Assembly: GCA_963665325.3 (NCBI GenBank)
Contig: CAXXWS020000003.1
Location: forward strand, 864,001 to 928,000
Origin: Alphaproteobacteria bacterium
GTDB lineage: Bacteria; Pseudomonadota; Alphaproteobacteria; Bin95
DNA: 64,000 nt
Reading direction: 5' to 3'
This document shows positions 1 through 9,047 of this stretch, piece by piece. Position numbers and translations under genes: made by a program. Below the pieces are notes generated by a model. The model was not told where the DNA came from. It did no database searches and saw only the letters and a program-made list of their open reading frames with translations. The stretch's first letter is position 1; every line of letters starts with the position of its first letter.

Positions 1-2964
1 ACCGACCGCCTCTTTCGGAACCCGTCGGGACAGGACGAATTATTTGAGAAGTCCCATGAAGAGGAGCTTGAAGCTCGGCGCGGCCGGCCCATTGAGTGCC
101 TCGGCCTTGTCTTCGAGAACGACGAGGCTCGGCGGACCCATTTCCTCGGCAAGTTGAAGGAGGGGCTGGAGGAGTTGCATGCGGCCTTGGGCGGCGTGCC
201 TTACACCAATGCCGACGATACGGTGGCCCGCTTGGCGGCAATTGCGCACTGGCCGATGGGCGACGAAGTGCGGCTTCGCGAGCTTGCTGAGCGCATGCGC
301 CATGCCGACTCGTCCAAAGACCTGCTCCAGCGCTGGAAGGACGAGGTCGGTTTTCCCCACGGAGAGATCGACGACATCCTAAGACTGTCCGATCCGCCCC
401 GGCACACGGCGTGCCCGAATCCGTTCCTCGGCGCATTCGTGGAAACTTACGGCAGTGCTTACGATCCAGAGGAACCCTATCGCCGAAAGCCGTTCGCGGT
501 TGATGTAAGCGAAGGCAAGACTCATCCCGTCTATCGGGCGCACGGTTACCATACCAAGGTGCCGCATCTGGCGATCGTCCCGTCGATCCTCCACTACACC
601 GAGCCCGGCGACATCGTCTTGGACGGCTTCGCTGGCTCCGGCATGACCGGCGTCGCAGCGCAGTGGTGCGGGACGGCGCCGGAAAGCTATCGGAAATCGC
701 TCGAGGCCCTGTGGACAAAGGAAGGACTCGGCGCACCGAAATGGGGCCTTCGGCGCTCCATCCAGAACGATCTGTCGCCGCTCGCCAGCTTCATCGCCGC
801 CAACTATAGCCTGCCTTTCGATGTCAATGCCTTCACCGAGGCCGCGCGCGCGCTGCTCGACGAGGTGGCGGCGGGGTTCGGCTGGATGTACGAGACCCTG
901 CACACGGACGGCGAGACCCATGGGCGAATCGACTACACCGTCTGGAGTGAGGTGTTCAGCTGTCCAGACTGTGGCGGAGAAATTATCTTTGTCAAAGAAG
1001 CTCTAGATCAGGATACCAAGCGCATAAGTTCGCAAATTGACTGTCCCCATTGTGGAGCTACTCAGCGAAAAGAAGGTATGGACCTTACATTCGAAATCTA
1101 TCAAGATCCGGCTGATGGTGAAATTCGCCACCGCCCAAAACGGGAACCAACATTGATATTTTATCAGGTAGACGGAGTAAAGTTCAATAAAATACCAGAT
1201 GAGAACGATATTGAAACTCTTGATCGTGTCAGTTCTCTACCATTCCCAAATGACTTTCCAACTGTGGGGTTTCCTGATTGCCAAATGACTCGCGTTGGCA
1301 GGGTGGCAACCACACAAACCAGAGCAATTCATGACATGTTTCTTCTTCGACCCGTGCATGCCTTGGCGCTAATGTGGCGGCGCGCGAACAATCATCCCGT
1401 CAAGCGCGTCCGTCATATGCTGTTATATTTCGTCGAGCAGGCCATATGGACAATGTCAATACTCAATCGATACCGGCCTACAGGTTATTCTCAGGTCAAT
1501 CAATACCTTACAGGAGTCTACTACGTTCCCTCACAACACTCTGAGTGTAGCCCTTGGTATGTCTTGGACGGAAAGCTGAAGAGGCTTGCAAAAGTTTTTC
1601 ACGAGTTGCCAACTATCGACAACTTTGGATGTGTCGTGACAGCGAGTACTACGGCATCGCTCGGAATACCGGACAACTCGGTAGACTATGTCTTCACCGA
1701 TCCGCCTTTCGGTGAAAACATATACTATGCCGACCTCAACTTCTTGGTGGAGTCCTGGCATGGCGTGCTAACCAACGCTACTTCGGAGGCCATCGTGGAC
1801 CGGGTAAGGCGCAAAGGCCTTCCCGAGTATCAGCGCTTGATGCAGCGCTGCTTGGTGGAATACTGCCGTGTCCTCAAGCCCGGCCGTTGGATTACCATTG
1901 TCTTTCATAATTCCAAGAACGCAGTATGGACAGCGATCCAGGAGGCAATGCTCGCAGCCGGCTTCGTTGTCGCCGATGTGCGTACGTTAGACAAGCAACA
2001 GGGATCGTTCCAGCAGACCAATAGCACCAACGCTGTGAAGCAGGATCTGGTGATCTCTGCTTACAAGCCGAACGACGGTCTGGAAGAACGCTTCGCACTG
2101 ACAAAGGGAACCGAGGAGGGAGTCTGGGACTTCCTGCGCACCCATCTCGCCCAATTGCCGGTTTTCGTGGCCAAGGATGGCCGGGTCGAGATCGTCAATG
2201 AGCGCCAGGCGCATCTGTTGTTCGATCGCATGGTTGCCTTCCATGTCCTGCGCAACGTCACGGTTCCCTTGTCGGTCGGCGACTTTCTCGCCGGCCTTGT
2301 CCAGCGTTTTCCAGAACGCGACGGTATGGTCTTCCTGCCTGACCAGGTCATCGACTACGACAAGAGGCGCTTAGCGGCCGGGGAGGTAACCCAACTGGAG
2401 ATCTTTGTGGTTGACGAATCCTCCGCAATCCAATGGCTCCGGCGGCAGTTGGCTCGTAAGCCCCAGAGTTTCCAGGACATCCATCCGCAGTTTCTCCGCG
2501 AGATCGCCGGTTGGCAGAAACACGAGAAGCTGCCCGAGCTATCGGAAATGCTGGACCAGAACTTTTTGTGCTACGACGGCGTTGGCGAGCTGCCGAGCCA
2601 GATTCACGCTTACCTGTCCACCAACTTCAAGGAACTGCGCAACATGCCCAAGGACCATCTGGCCCTGCGCGCCAAGGCCAGGGACCGGTGGTATGTGCCC
2701 GATCCCAACAAGGTGCCGGACGTAGAGAAGCGCCGCACCCGCGCCCTCCTGCGCGAGTTCGAGGAATACCGTCAATCCTCCGCGCGACGCCTCAGGCTCT
2801 TCCGTCTCGAAGCTGTCCGCGCCGGCTTCTTCAAGGCCTACCAGGACCGGGATTACGCCACCATTATCGCGGTCGCCGAGAAGATCCCCGAAACCGTTCT
2901 CCAGGAGGACCAGAAGCTCATGCTCTGGTACGATCAGGCAGTAACACGCATGGAAACGGCCTGA
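1..2964 (+). CDS. pglX: BREX type 3 DNA methyltransferase PglXI (5' end lies before the window)
   Basis: Frame is open from base 1 (..IECLGLVFENDEARR..). Contains SAM-binding LDGFAGSGMTG, CPDC/CPHC zinc-ribbon, catalytic TDPPF and the C-terminal WYVPDPNK..EKRR typical of BREX-3 methylases. Lies directly upstream of pglZ. Confidence 0.85.
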   Translation, partial: TDRLFRNPSGQDELFEKSHEEELEARRGRPIECLGLVFENDEARRTHFLGKLKEGLEELHAALGGVPYTNADDTVARLAAIAHWPMGDEVRLRELAERMRHADSSKDLLQRWKDEVGFPHGEIDDILRLSDPPRHTACPNPFLGAFVETYGSAYDPEEPYRRKPFAVDVSEGKTHPVYRAHGYHTKVPHLAIVPSILHYTEPGDIVLDGFAGSGMTGVAAQWCGTAPESYRKSLEALWTKEGLGAPKWGLRRSIQNDLSPLASFIAANYSLPFDVNAFTEAARALLDEVAAGFGWMYETLHTDGETHGRIDYTVWSEVFSCPDCGGEIIFVKEALDQDTKRISSQIDCPHCGATQRKEGMDLTFEIYQDPADGEIRHRPKREPTLIFYQVDGVKFNKIPDENDIETLDRVSSLPFPNDFPTVGFPDCQMTRVGRVATTQTRAIHDMFLLRPVHALALMWRRANNHPVKRVRHMLLYFVEQAIWTMSILNRYRPTGYSQVNQYLTGVYYVPSQHSECSPWYVLDGKLKRLAKVFHELPTIDNFGCVVTASTTASLGIPDNSVDYVFTDPPFGENIYYADLNFLVESWHGVLTNATSEAIVDRVRRKGLPEYQRLMQRCLVEYCRVLKPGRWITIVFHNSKNAVWTAIQEAMLAAGFVVADVRTLDKQQGSFQQTNSTNAVKQDLVISAYKPNDGLEERFALTKGTEEGVWDFLRTHLAQLPVFVAKDGRVEIVNERQAHLLFDRMVAFHVLRNVTVPLSVGDFLAGLVQRFPERDGMVFLPDQVIDYDKRRLAAGEVTQLEIFVVDESSAIQWLRRQLARKPQSFQDIHPQFLREIAGWQKHEKLPELSEMLDQNFLCYDGVGELPSQIHAYLSTNFKELRNMPKDHLALRAKARDRWYVPDPNKVPDVEKRRTRALLREFEEYRQSSARRLRLFRLEAVRAGFFKAYQDRDYATIIAVAEKIPETVLQEDQKLMLWYDQAVTRMETA

Positions 2965-2981
2965 ACGGGCCTTGCCGGAAA

Positions 2982-4988
2982 ATGGAGGATTGGCGGGCCC
3001 GAATTCTGGAGAAATTCACGCCGAAGGCAGCACGTCTTACCCTGGCGGCTGATCCGGACGGGCTGTTGCTCGAAGGGACCCTCCTCGAAGCAATCCGAGA
3101 GAGGGGGTTCGAGTTCCTGGCCTTCGACGATGCCGTTGCTTTCCGCTTCGCATACGAATCCGGGTTCCGGTCCCGCTGGGACCGGGGCGAGCCCGTCGAT
3201 CTGGTGGTTGCCTTGCAGGCCGGAAAGCACGATTTCGCGGCTCTGCCTTGCGACCTCTTGCAGGCCGGCAGGCAGCTATCCTTCGGTCTGGAGGAACTGT
3301 TTCCCCGTCTCAGCTATCCCGTTGTCGCCTTGCTCGACCGAGGCGACCTCGACGCGCTCTACCAAGCGCAGGTGGGGCATGGTTCAAACGGGCTTGGCGA
3401 CGATGCAACGAAGGACTTCGCACTACTGCATGTCTTCGGGATCGCGCCCGCGCTCATCAGGCACGGTACGGAGCTGTTGCGCGTCCTGTTGCAGAAACAC
3501 TACCGACGTCAGCGGTTGCCGTGCCTATTGGAAGACCGCCTGATCCAACTGCTCCGACGAAGCGGAGTCTTCGATTCCTGGCCCCTTGAGACCATCGTCC
3601 CGGACCGGGATGCCTTCTTTTTGTTTCTTCAGGAGCGCTGGCCACTTTTTCTAGATCGCCTTTCGGGGGACACCGAGGAAGACCTTCAGGATGTGGGTGC
3701 GGCGTTCGACCTCGCGATCGAAGGGCCCGTGGATCTGCCTTTCGATCACGATGACGTTCGCATCTACATCGACAACCTGTTCGTCGAGGGCTTGCTTTCT
3801 CCCGTGTTTCACAGGTCAGGCGGTTCCCTCAGTGAAAAATGGACGACCGTCGGGGTTAGAACCGATCCCGATGCCGACAGATCGCGACGTCTCCGGAGCC
3901 TGATGGAGACTGTCACCGATGCGAACCCCGGTCCCGATGCGCGACACCGCGATTGGTCGACGTTCGCCTATCGCTGGGCTGAACTGAGTCTTCTCTGGTC
4001 AGAGACGACCGCCGCGGCGCGACCGGGCATGAATGAGCGCATTCTCGAGCTTCGGCGGGATGTAGACCGAACCTTTCTCGCTTGGGCCGAGCGCCGCTAT
4101 GCGGGACTTCACAATCAGCCGCCCGACCCACCGGCGATGGTCCATCATCTCCCGCGATATCTTGGACGGCGGCTTTCGGACGGTACCGGGGGCAAAGTTG
4201 CGCTTATCGTTGTTGACGGGCTCGCCCTCGATCAATGGATTGTGCTCCGGGACATTCTCGCAAGTCAGCAGCCGCGGCTCCGGTTTCGTGAAGACGCTGT
4301 CTTCGCCTGGGTGCCCACCGTCACCTCTGTCTCCCGACAGGCGATCTTCGCGGGAATGGCGCCGCTCTACTTTCCTTCGAGCATTTGGACCACTGACAGG
4401 GAACCATCGCTGTGGACCCGGTTCTGGAACGACCATGGTTTGACCGCACGCGAGGTGGCGTATGCGAAAGGATTGGGGGACGGCAGTCTTGACGATTTTC
4501 GCGAGCTCCTTTCACGGCCCGATGTCCGCGCCCTCGGTCTCGTGGTCGACAAGGTCGACAAGATCATGCACGGCATGGAGCTTGGCGCGGCCGGGATGCA
4601 CAACCAGGTTCGGCAGTGGGCCGATGAAGGGTTCATGACGCGGCTGCTGGACGCATTGCTCGATGCCGGTTTCGCCATCTTCCTGACCTCGGACCATGGG
4701 AACATTGAGGCGGAAGGCATCGGCCGGCCCTCCGAAGGTGCGATCGCCGACCTTCGGGGCGAACGCGCGCGAGTCTATTCCGATCCGGTCCTGCGGTCCC
4801 GTGTACACGAACGGTTCCCGGACGCGGTCGCGTGGCCCGCCTTGGGTCTTCCCGAAGACTGTCTGGCTCTGCTCGCCCCGAACAGGTCGGCGTTCGTGCG
4901 CAAGGGCGAACGCATCGTGGGGCACGGCGGCGCATCCCTCGAAGAGGTCGTTGTCCCGATGGTGGAAATCGAGCGGGTGGCGGCATGA
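2982..4988 (+). CDS. pglZ: BREX-3 PglZ alkaline-phosphatase-superfamily protein
   Basis: Motifs LIVVDGLALDQW, WVPTVTSVSRQAIF, TSDHGN and HGGASLEEVVVP. ATG at 2982 (MEDWRARIL) preferred over the 2511 ORF start, which overlaps pglX. Confidence 0.9.
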   Translation: MEDWRARILEKFTPKAARLTLAADPDGLLLEGTLLEAIRERGFEFLAFDDAVAFRFAYESGFRSRWDRGEPVDLVVALQAGKHDFAALPCDLLQAGRQLSFGLEELFPRLSYPVVALLDRGDLDALYQAQVGHGSNGLGDDATKDFALLHVFGIAPALIRHGTELLRVLLQKHYRRQRLPCLLEDRLIQLLRRSGVFDSWPLETIVPDRDAFFLFLQERWPLFLDRLSGDTEEDLQDVGAAFDLAIEGPVDLPFDHDDVRIYIDNLFVEGLLSPVFHRSGGSLSEKWTTVGVRTDPDADRSRRLRSLMETVTDANPGPDARHRDWSTFAYRWAELSLLWSETTAAARPGMNERILELRRDVDRTFLAWAERRYAGLHNQPPDPPAMVHHLPRYLGRRLSDGTGGKVALIVVDGLALDQWIVLRDILASQQPRLRFREDAVFAWVPTVTSVSRQAIFAGMAPLYFPSSIWTTDREPSLWTRFWNDHGLTAREVAYAKGLGDGSLDDFRELLSRPDVRALGLVVDKVDKIMHGMELGAAGMHNQVRQWADEGFMTRLLDALLDAGFAIFLTSDHGNIEAEGIGRPSEGAIADLRGERARVYSDPVLRSRVHERFPDAVAWPALGLPEDCLALLAPNRSAFVRKGERIVGHGGASLEEVVVPMVEIERVAA

Positions 4989-5734
4989 CGAGCTTCGAGC
5001 AGATCGGTTTTAGCCAACGTATTCGACTTGAATGGTTGGAATACACGGCGAACCTGCTGCTCGCCGGAAACCCGAGAGATGAGATCGTTGCGGCGCTAAG
5101 CGACAGGTTACGGGAGAAGCTGTCGGTCGGGAACGAACCGGCACGGGGGACACGGGACAAGGCAATCACGATCCTGACGAAGGTCTGGGTCACGGTCCCA
5201 AACGAACACAGAGCGCTCCGCGATCAAGGACTCGAATTGCTTCAGCGTCTGCCCGCTAGCGACAGGATGCTGGTGCATTGGTGCATGTGCATTGCGGCCT
5301 ACCCCTTCTTCGGCACGGTCGCTGATGCGACCGGACGGCTGCTTCGACTTCAGGGGACTGTCGGGGCGGCTCAAGTGCAACGCCGACTCCGTGAGCGATT
5401 TGGCGAACGCGAAACGGTGGCCCGTGCCGCACGGCGTATCCTGCGGGCATTCATCGACTGGGGCGCACTTCTTGAAACGGCGGGCAAAGGCGCCTATTGC
5501 ATCGCCCCCAAGAAGGTCATCGATGACCTCCCGCTCTCCATCTGGGTTATGTCGGCTATGCTCGCAGTCAACAATGCCAAGCCTCGGTCGGCTGCCTTTC
5601 TGCTTCGTGGACCTCACCTATTTCCATTTGATGTTGTCTTGCCCTCGACGATGGACCTGGAAGCCCACGGCGCATTCGAAATTGACCGATACGGGCCTGA
5701 TCAGGAAGTCTTGGTCAATCGGTCTGGAGGTTGA
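4985..5734 (+). CDS. brxA: BREX-3 BrxA-like protein
   Basis: ATGA overlap with the pglZ stop. Sequence IGFSQRIRLEWLE..KAITILTKVWV..HWCMCIAAYPFF resembles the type-3 BrxA family, and it occupies the canonical last position of the operon. Confidence 0.7.
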   Translation: MTSFEQIGFSQRIRLEWLEYTANLLLAGNPRDEIVAALSDRLREKLSVGNEPARGTRDKAITILTKVWVTVPNEHRALRDQGLELLQRLPASDRMLVHWCMCIAAYPFFGTVADATGRLLRLQGTVGAAQVQRRLRERFGERETVARAARRILRAFIDWGALLETAGKGAYCIAPKKVIDDLPLSIWVMSAMLAVNNAKPRSAAFLLRGPHLFPFDVVLPSTMDLEAHGAFEIDRYGPDQEVLVNRSGG

Positions 5735-6102
5735 GCGTCAGGCCGGGTTCGAGCAGCTCGGATGGCACGATGGTGGGACAAAGCGACATGACGCTACGAC
5801 CGGATTACGGAACCCGATTGAAGAACGACGGTTATGACAGTCCACACATGGAACATTTCTTCTACGCGTTGCCGATTTGGGGATTCGATGCCCTTGGCCG
5901 CCCTGGCCAATACTCGCTCACGGTTGACACGATGTATGCCGGTGAACGCCATTGTCTTTCCCTCGACTTCGGTCCAACACCCCTGGCAGCAATCCTGGCG
6001 GCGTTGCCTGCACCCATCCAGCAGAGTATCGAGACCGAGCTGCACAGAGACCCGAACACGCCCAAGCAATTCAGGTTTCCGAGCTTGTCGTGGGAGGCAT
6101 AG
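5731..6102 (+). CDS. hypothetical protein (possibly truncated)
   Basis: ORF overlapping the brxA stop; no recognisable motif. Confidence 0.3.
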   Translation: MSVRPGSSSSDGTMVGQSDMTLRPDYGTRLKNDGYDSPHMEHFFYALPIWGFDALGRPGQYSLTVDTMYAGERHCLSLDFGPTPLAAILAALPAPIQQSIETELHRDPNTPKQFRFPSLSWEA

Positions 6103-6180
6103 TCGATGTCGCGAATGGAACGCTTGCCGGTGCGGGCCTCAGGCAGGTTCCGGCATGGAATGAGGGAAGGAGCCTAATCC

Positions 6181-6336
6181 TTGCGCACTCATGCCCGGGC
6201 CGTGGTTGTCGGCGGCGGTTGGGTCGGCGTGTCGATCGCCTACTCCTTCCGCCCGAGCGCGGCGTCGCGCACGGCCTGTTCGGGGGCGCGGAACGGCGGC
6301 AGGTCCTCGGCGGAGCGTCTTGCGACGAAGCGGTGA
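6181..6336 (+). pseudogene. N-terminal fragment of a GcvT/dimethylglycine-dehydrogenase-like FAD oxidoreductase
   Basis: AAGGAG RBS, then TTG start and MRTHARAVVVGGGWVGVSIAY (GxGxxG Rossmann start). Similarity ends after about 21 codons. Confidence 0.5.
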
Positions 6337-6480
6337 GGTACCGATCAGCGCGGTAGAGGTATTGTGCGGGTGTTTCGATCCTTGCGCCGTTCCTTCCGAA
6401 TGTCGCATGTGGCGCGTTCCCTTTCCCGTTGATCCCTGGCTTCATTACGACTATCGTTGCGTTCCATATATTCATGGAGA

Positions 6481-6497
6481 GTTCCGAATAATGGAAC
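6481..6497. promoter_or_regulatory. candidate IclR operator
   Basis: Palindrome GTTCC-GAATAAT-GGAAC overlapping the ATG of the IclR gene. Confidence 0.4.
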
Positions 6498-7234
6498 AAA
6501 GCGCGGCTACAGTCGAAAAAGCACTAGACCTGTTGTTCCACCTCCACGACGAAGGCGGAGCGGTTGGCGTATCGGCACTGGGGCGGGCATTGGATATGCC
6601 CAAATCCAGTGTGCACCGTCTGTTGAGCGCGATGGTTCGCAAAGGCATCGTCGAGCGCGACGAACGGGCGCGTTATCGGCCAGGGACTGGTTTGCTCGCG
6701 CTCGGGCTCGGCGTTCTTGACCGCGAACCGGTGGTTGTATGTGCGCGGACCGTCTTGCCCGAATTCGTCGAAGAAATCGGCGAGACGATGTTCCTGGTGG
6801 GACAGCGGGGGCGGAAGCTCATTGTTTTGGACAAGTGCGAGGGCCGTGGTCTGCTTCGCGCGTCGCCGACGGTCGGGAGTGAAGTCCCCGTTCACTGCAC
6901 CGGCGCCGGAGCGCTGTTCATGGCGCACGCACCGGATGAGTTTTCGTCGGCAGCTGTCTCAGCAGAAACTCAAGGTGTCGCGGTCGATCCGGGGTACTTG
7001 CAATCCCGGGCAGCGGCTGCGCTCGTTCAGGGCTGGTCGGCCAATTTCGAACTTTGGCAGCCCGGCCTCGCGGTCCTTGCTGCGCCCGTCATCGTGCGCA
7101 GGCAGATCCGCGCTGTCGTCGCACTGGCCGCATCCGCTCCGCGCCTGGAAGAGCTTGGCGGCGAAGCGCTGGCGCCGCGTGTCGTTGCCGCCGCCGAGCA
7201 GATCGCCGCCCGGGCTGCAGGAGCGGTATCATGA
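6491..7234 (+). CDS. IclR family transcriptional regulator
   Basis: TVEKALDLL..LDMPKSSVHRLL HTH; C-terminal PVHCTGAG effector-domain motif. Confidence 0.9.
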   Translation: MEQSAATVEKALDLLFHLHDEGGAVGVSALGRALDMPKSSVHRLLSAMVRKGIVERDERARYRPGTGLLALGLGVLDREPVVVCARTVLPEFVEEIGETMFLVGQRGRKLIVLDKCEGRGLLRASPTVGSEVPVHCTGAGALFMAHAPDEFSSAAVSAETQGVAVDPGYLQSRAAAALVQGWSANFELWQPGLAVLAAPVIVRRQIRAVVALAASAPRLEELGGEALAPRVVAAAEQIAARAAGAVS

Positions 7235-8130
7235 AGGTCTGGCTGGACGGTCGTATCGTGGACGGCGAACAGGCTCGCCTGAACGTGAGAGACCACGGAT
7301 TGTTATACGGCGATGGCGTGTTCGAGGGCATCCGCATCTACCACGGCCGCGCGTTCCGCTTAGCCGATCACTTGCGGAGGCTCGCGTTTTCCTCTGCATA
7401 CATCGGGCTGGTCCTTCCCTGTTCGCTAGCGCGTATTGGGGCAATCGTCGAGGAGACGGCCGCGGCCTTCGGCGAGCGCGAAGCCTACGTGCGACTGCTC
7501 GTTACCCGAGGCGTTGGTGAGTTGGGCGTTGACCCCTTTTCCTGCGAGGCGCCGCAACTCGTCTGCATGGTGGGGCGCATAGCCCTGTACGATCAAGAAA
7601 GCGTTCGTGCCGGAATCGACATGGTTACCGCTTCGGTGCGTAAACCCCCTCCGGATGTCCTGAATCCGGAGGTCAAGAGCCTGAACTACCTGAACAGTGT
7701 CCTGGCCAGGCGCGAAGCGAGGCTCCGTGGCGCGCACGAAGCCCTTGTGCTCAACCTGCACGGCAAGGTTGCCGAGGCGTCGGTCGCCAATGTGTTCGCA
7801 TGGATAGACGGCGCCCTCGTCACGCCGCCGACCGTCGACGGCGCGTTGCCCGGAATCACGCGTGCGACGGTGATCGAGCTTGCCCGCGCGCTCGGCATAG
7901 AGACGCAAATGCGGTCCATCGGTCAAGCGGAGCTGATGCGTGCGGAGGAGGTGTTCCTGAGCGGGGCAGGCGCGGGTCTGGTGCCGGTCGGGTGTCTGGA
8001 TACGGTCACGATCGGATCAGGCAAAAGGCCGGTGTTCGAACGCATCGACGACGCGTTCCGTGAGTTCACGTTGCACTCCGGTGAGGTCAGCTCGAGCACA
8101 GGTCAGCCGCATTCGGCAGCATATGCATGA
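7231..8130 (+). CDS. ilvE: branched-chain amino acid aminotransferase (class IV PLP enzyme)
   Basis: DHGLLYGDGVFEGIR, KSLNY (PLP lysine), LPGITR; ATGA-coupled to the IclR gene. Confidence 0.88.
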   Translation: MKVWLDGRIVDGEQARLNVRDHGLLYGDGVFEGIRIYHGRAFRLADHLRRLAFSSAYIGLVLPCSLARIGAIVEETAAAFGEREAYVRLLVTRGVGELGVDPFSCEAPQLVCMVGRIALYDQESVRAGIDMVTASVRKPPPDVLNPEVKSLNYLNSVLARREARLRGAHEALVLNLHGKVAEASVANVFAWIDGALVTPPTVDGALPGITRATVIELARALGIETQMRSIGQAELMRAEEVFLSGAGAGLVPVGCLDTVTIGSGKRPVFERIDDAFREFTLHSGEVSSSTGQPHSAAYA

Positions 8131-8248
8131 CAATCGTAAGCCTCCGGCATAGGCCGTCTTCCGGGATTCGTGTGATCGCGTGAAGCTGTCCGATTGGGAG
8201 TGGACACCATTGAGGTGTCCACCAGGGACCAAATGGACACGATCACGC

Positions 8249-8632
8249 ATGTCGACTGGATTGGAGAAGATGGGGTCGGGGCAGGCGCGCCCGGCTCAGC
8301 CGCGCCGCCGCTGGAGCGAGGCTGAGAAGCGCCGGATCGTTTCGGAGACCTATCAGCCCGGGGTTTCGGTCTCGATCGTGGCGCGCCGCAACGACGTGAA
8401 CGCCAACCTGGTATTCACCTGGCGTCGTCAGTATCGCGAGCGGGGCGGTTTGGTGCCGGTGGTTGTCGAGCCGGATCGCATGCTTCCGCCGCCGACCGAT
8501 GCCGGCTCGGGCGCGGTACCGGCGCCGGGCCGGATGGAGATCGCGCTGGCGGACGGGTCTCGGGTGATTGTCGACCGTGAGGTGGACGGCAAGGCGCTGG
8601 GGCGGGTCCTTTCGGCCCTGGGGCGGCGATGA
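8249..8632 (+). CDS. tnpA: IS66 TnpA (HTH)
   Basis: RRRWSEAEKRRIVSET..VARRNDVNANLVFTWRR; start codon uncertain (ORF open from 8180). Confidence 0.85.
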   Translation: MSTGLEKMGSGQARPAQPRRRWSEAEKRRIVSETYQPGVSVSIVARRNDVNANLVFTWRRQYRERGGLVPVVVEPDRMLPPPTDAGSGAVPAPGRMEIALADGSRVIVDREVDGKALGRVLSALGRR

Positions 8633-8976
8633 TCCCGGTTCCGGGCGGCGTCCGCGTCTGGCTGGCGACGGGGGTGACGGACATGCGGCGCGGCATGAAC
8701 ACGCTGGCGCTTCAGGTCCAGGAGGATCTCGGGCACGACCCGCACGCGGGCGATCTCTATGTGTTCCGGGGACGCAGAGGCGACCTGATCAAGATTTTAT
8801 GGCATGACGGGGTTGGGATCTCGCTCTACGCGAAGCGCCTTGAGCGCGGCCGGTTCCAGTGGCCTGTGACGTCGGGGGGCGCGGTGTCGATCGGCGCGGC
8901 GCAGCTCGGCTACCTGCTGGAAGGGATCGACTGGCGGAACCCGGTCCATACTTGGCGACCGTCACGGGCGGGCTGA
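8629..8976 (+). CDS. tnpB: IS66 accessory TnpB
   Basis: TDMRRGM..YVFRGRRGDLIKILWHDG..KRLERGRF. Confidence 0.92.
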   Translation: MIPVPGGVRVWLATGVTDMRRGMNTLALQVQEDLGHDPHAGDLYVFRGRRGDLIKILWHDGVGISLYAKRLERGRFQWPVTSGGAVSIGAAQLGYLLEGIDWRNPVHTWRPSRAG

Positions 8977-9047
8977 TCGGCGGCGAAGCGGCTCGCCCGT
9001 GAAGATTGTTGTAGCGGCGAATCGGGTGCTGTGATTCGATCCCGTCG

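Noticed and set aside
2511-2981. N-terminal extension of the 825-aa PglZ ORF
   Set aside because: Overlaps pglX in another frame and is not protein-like.
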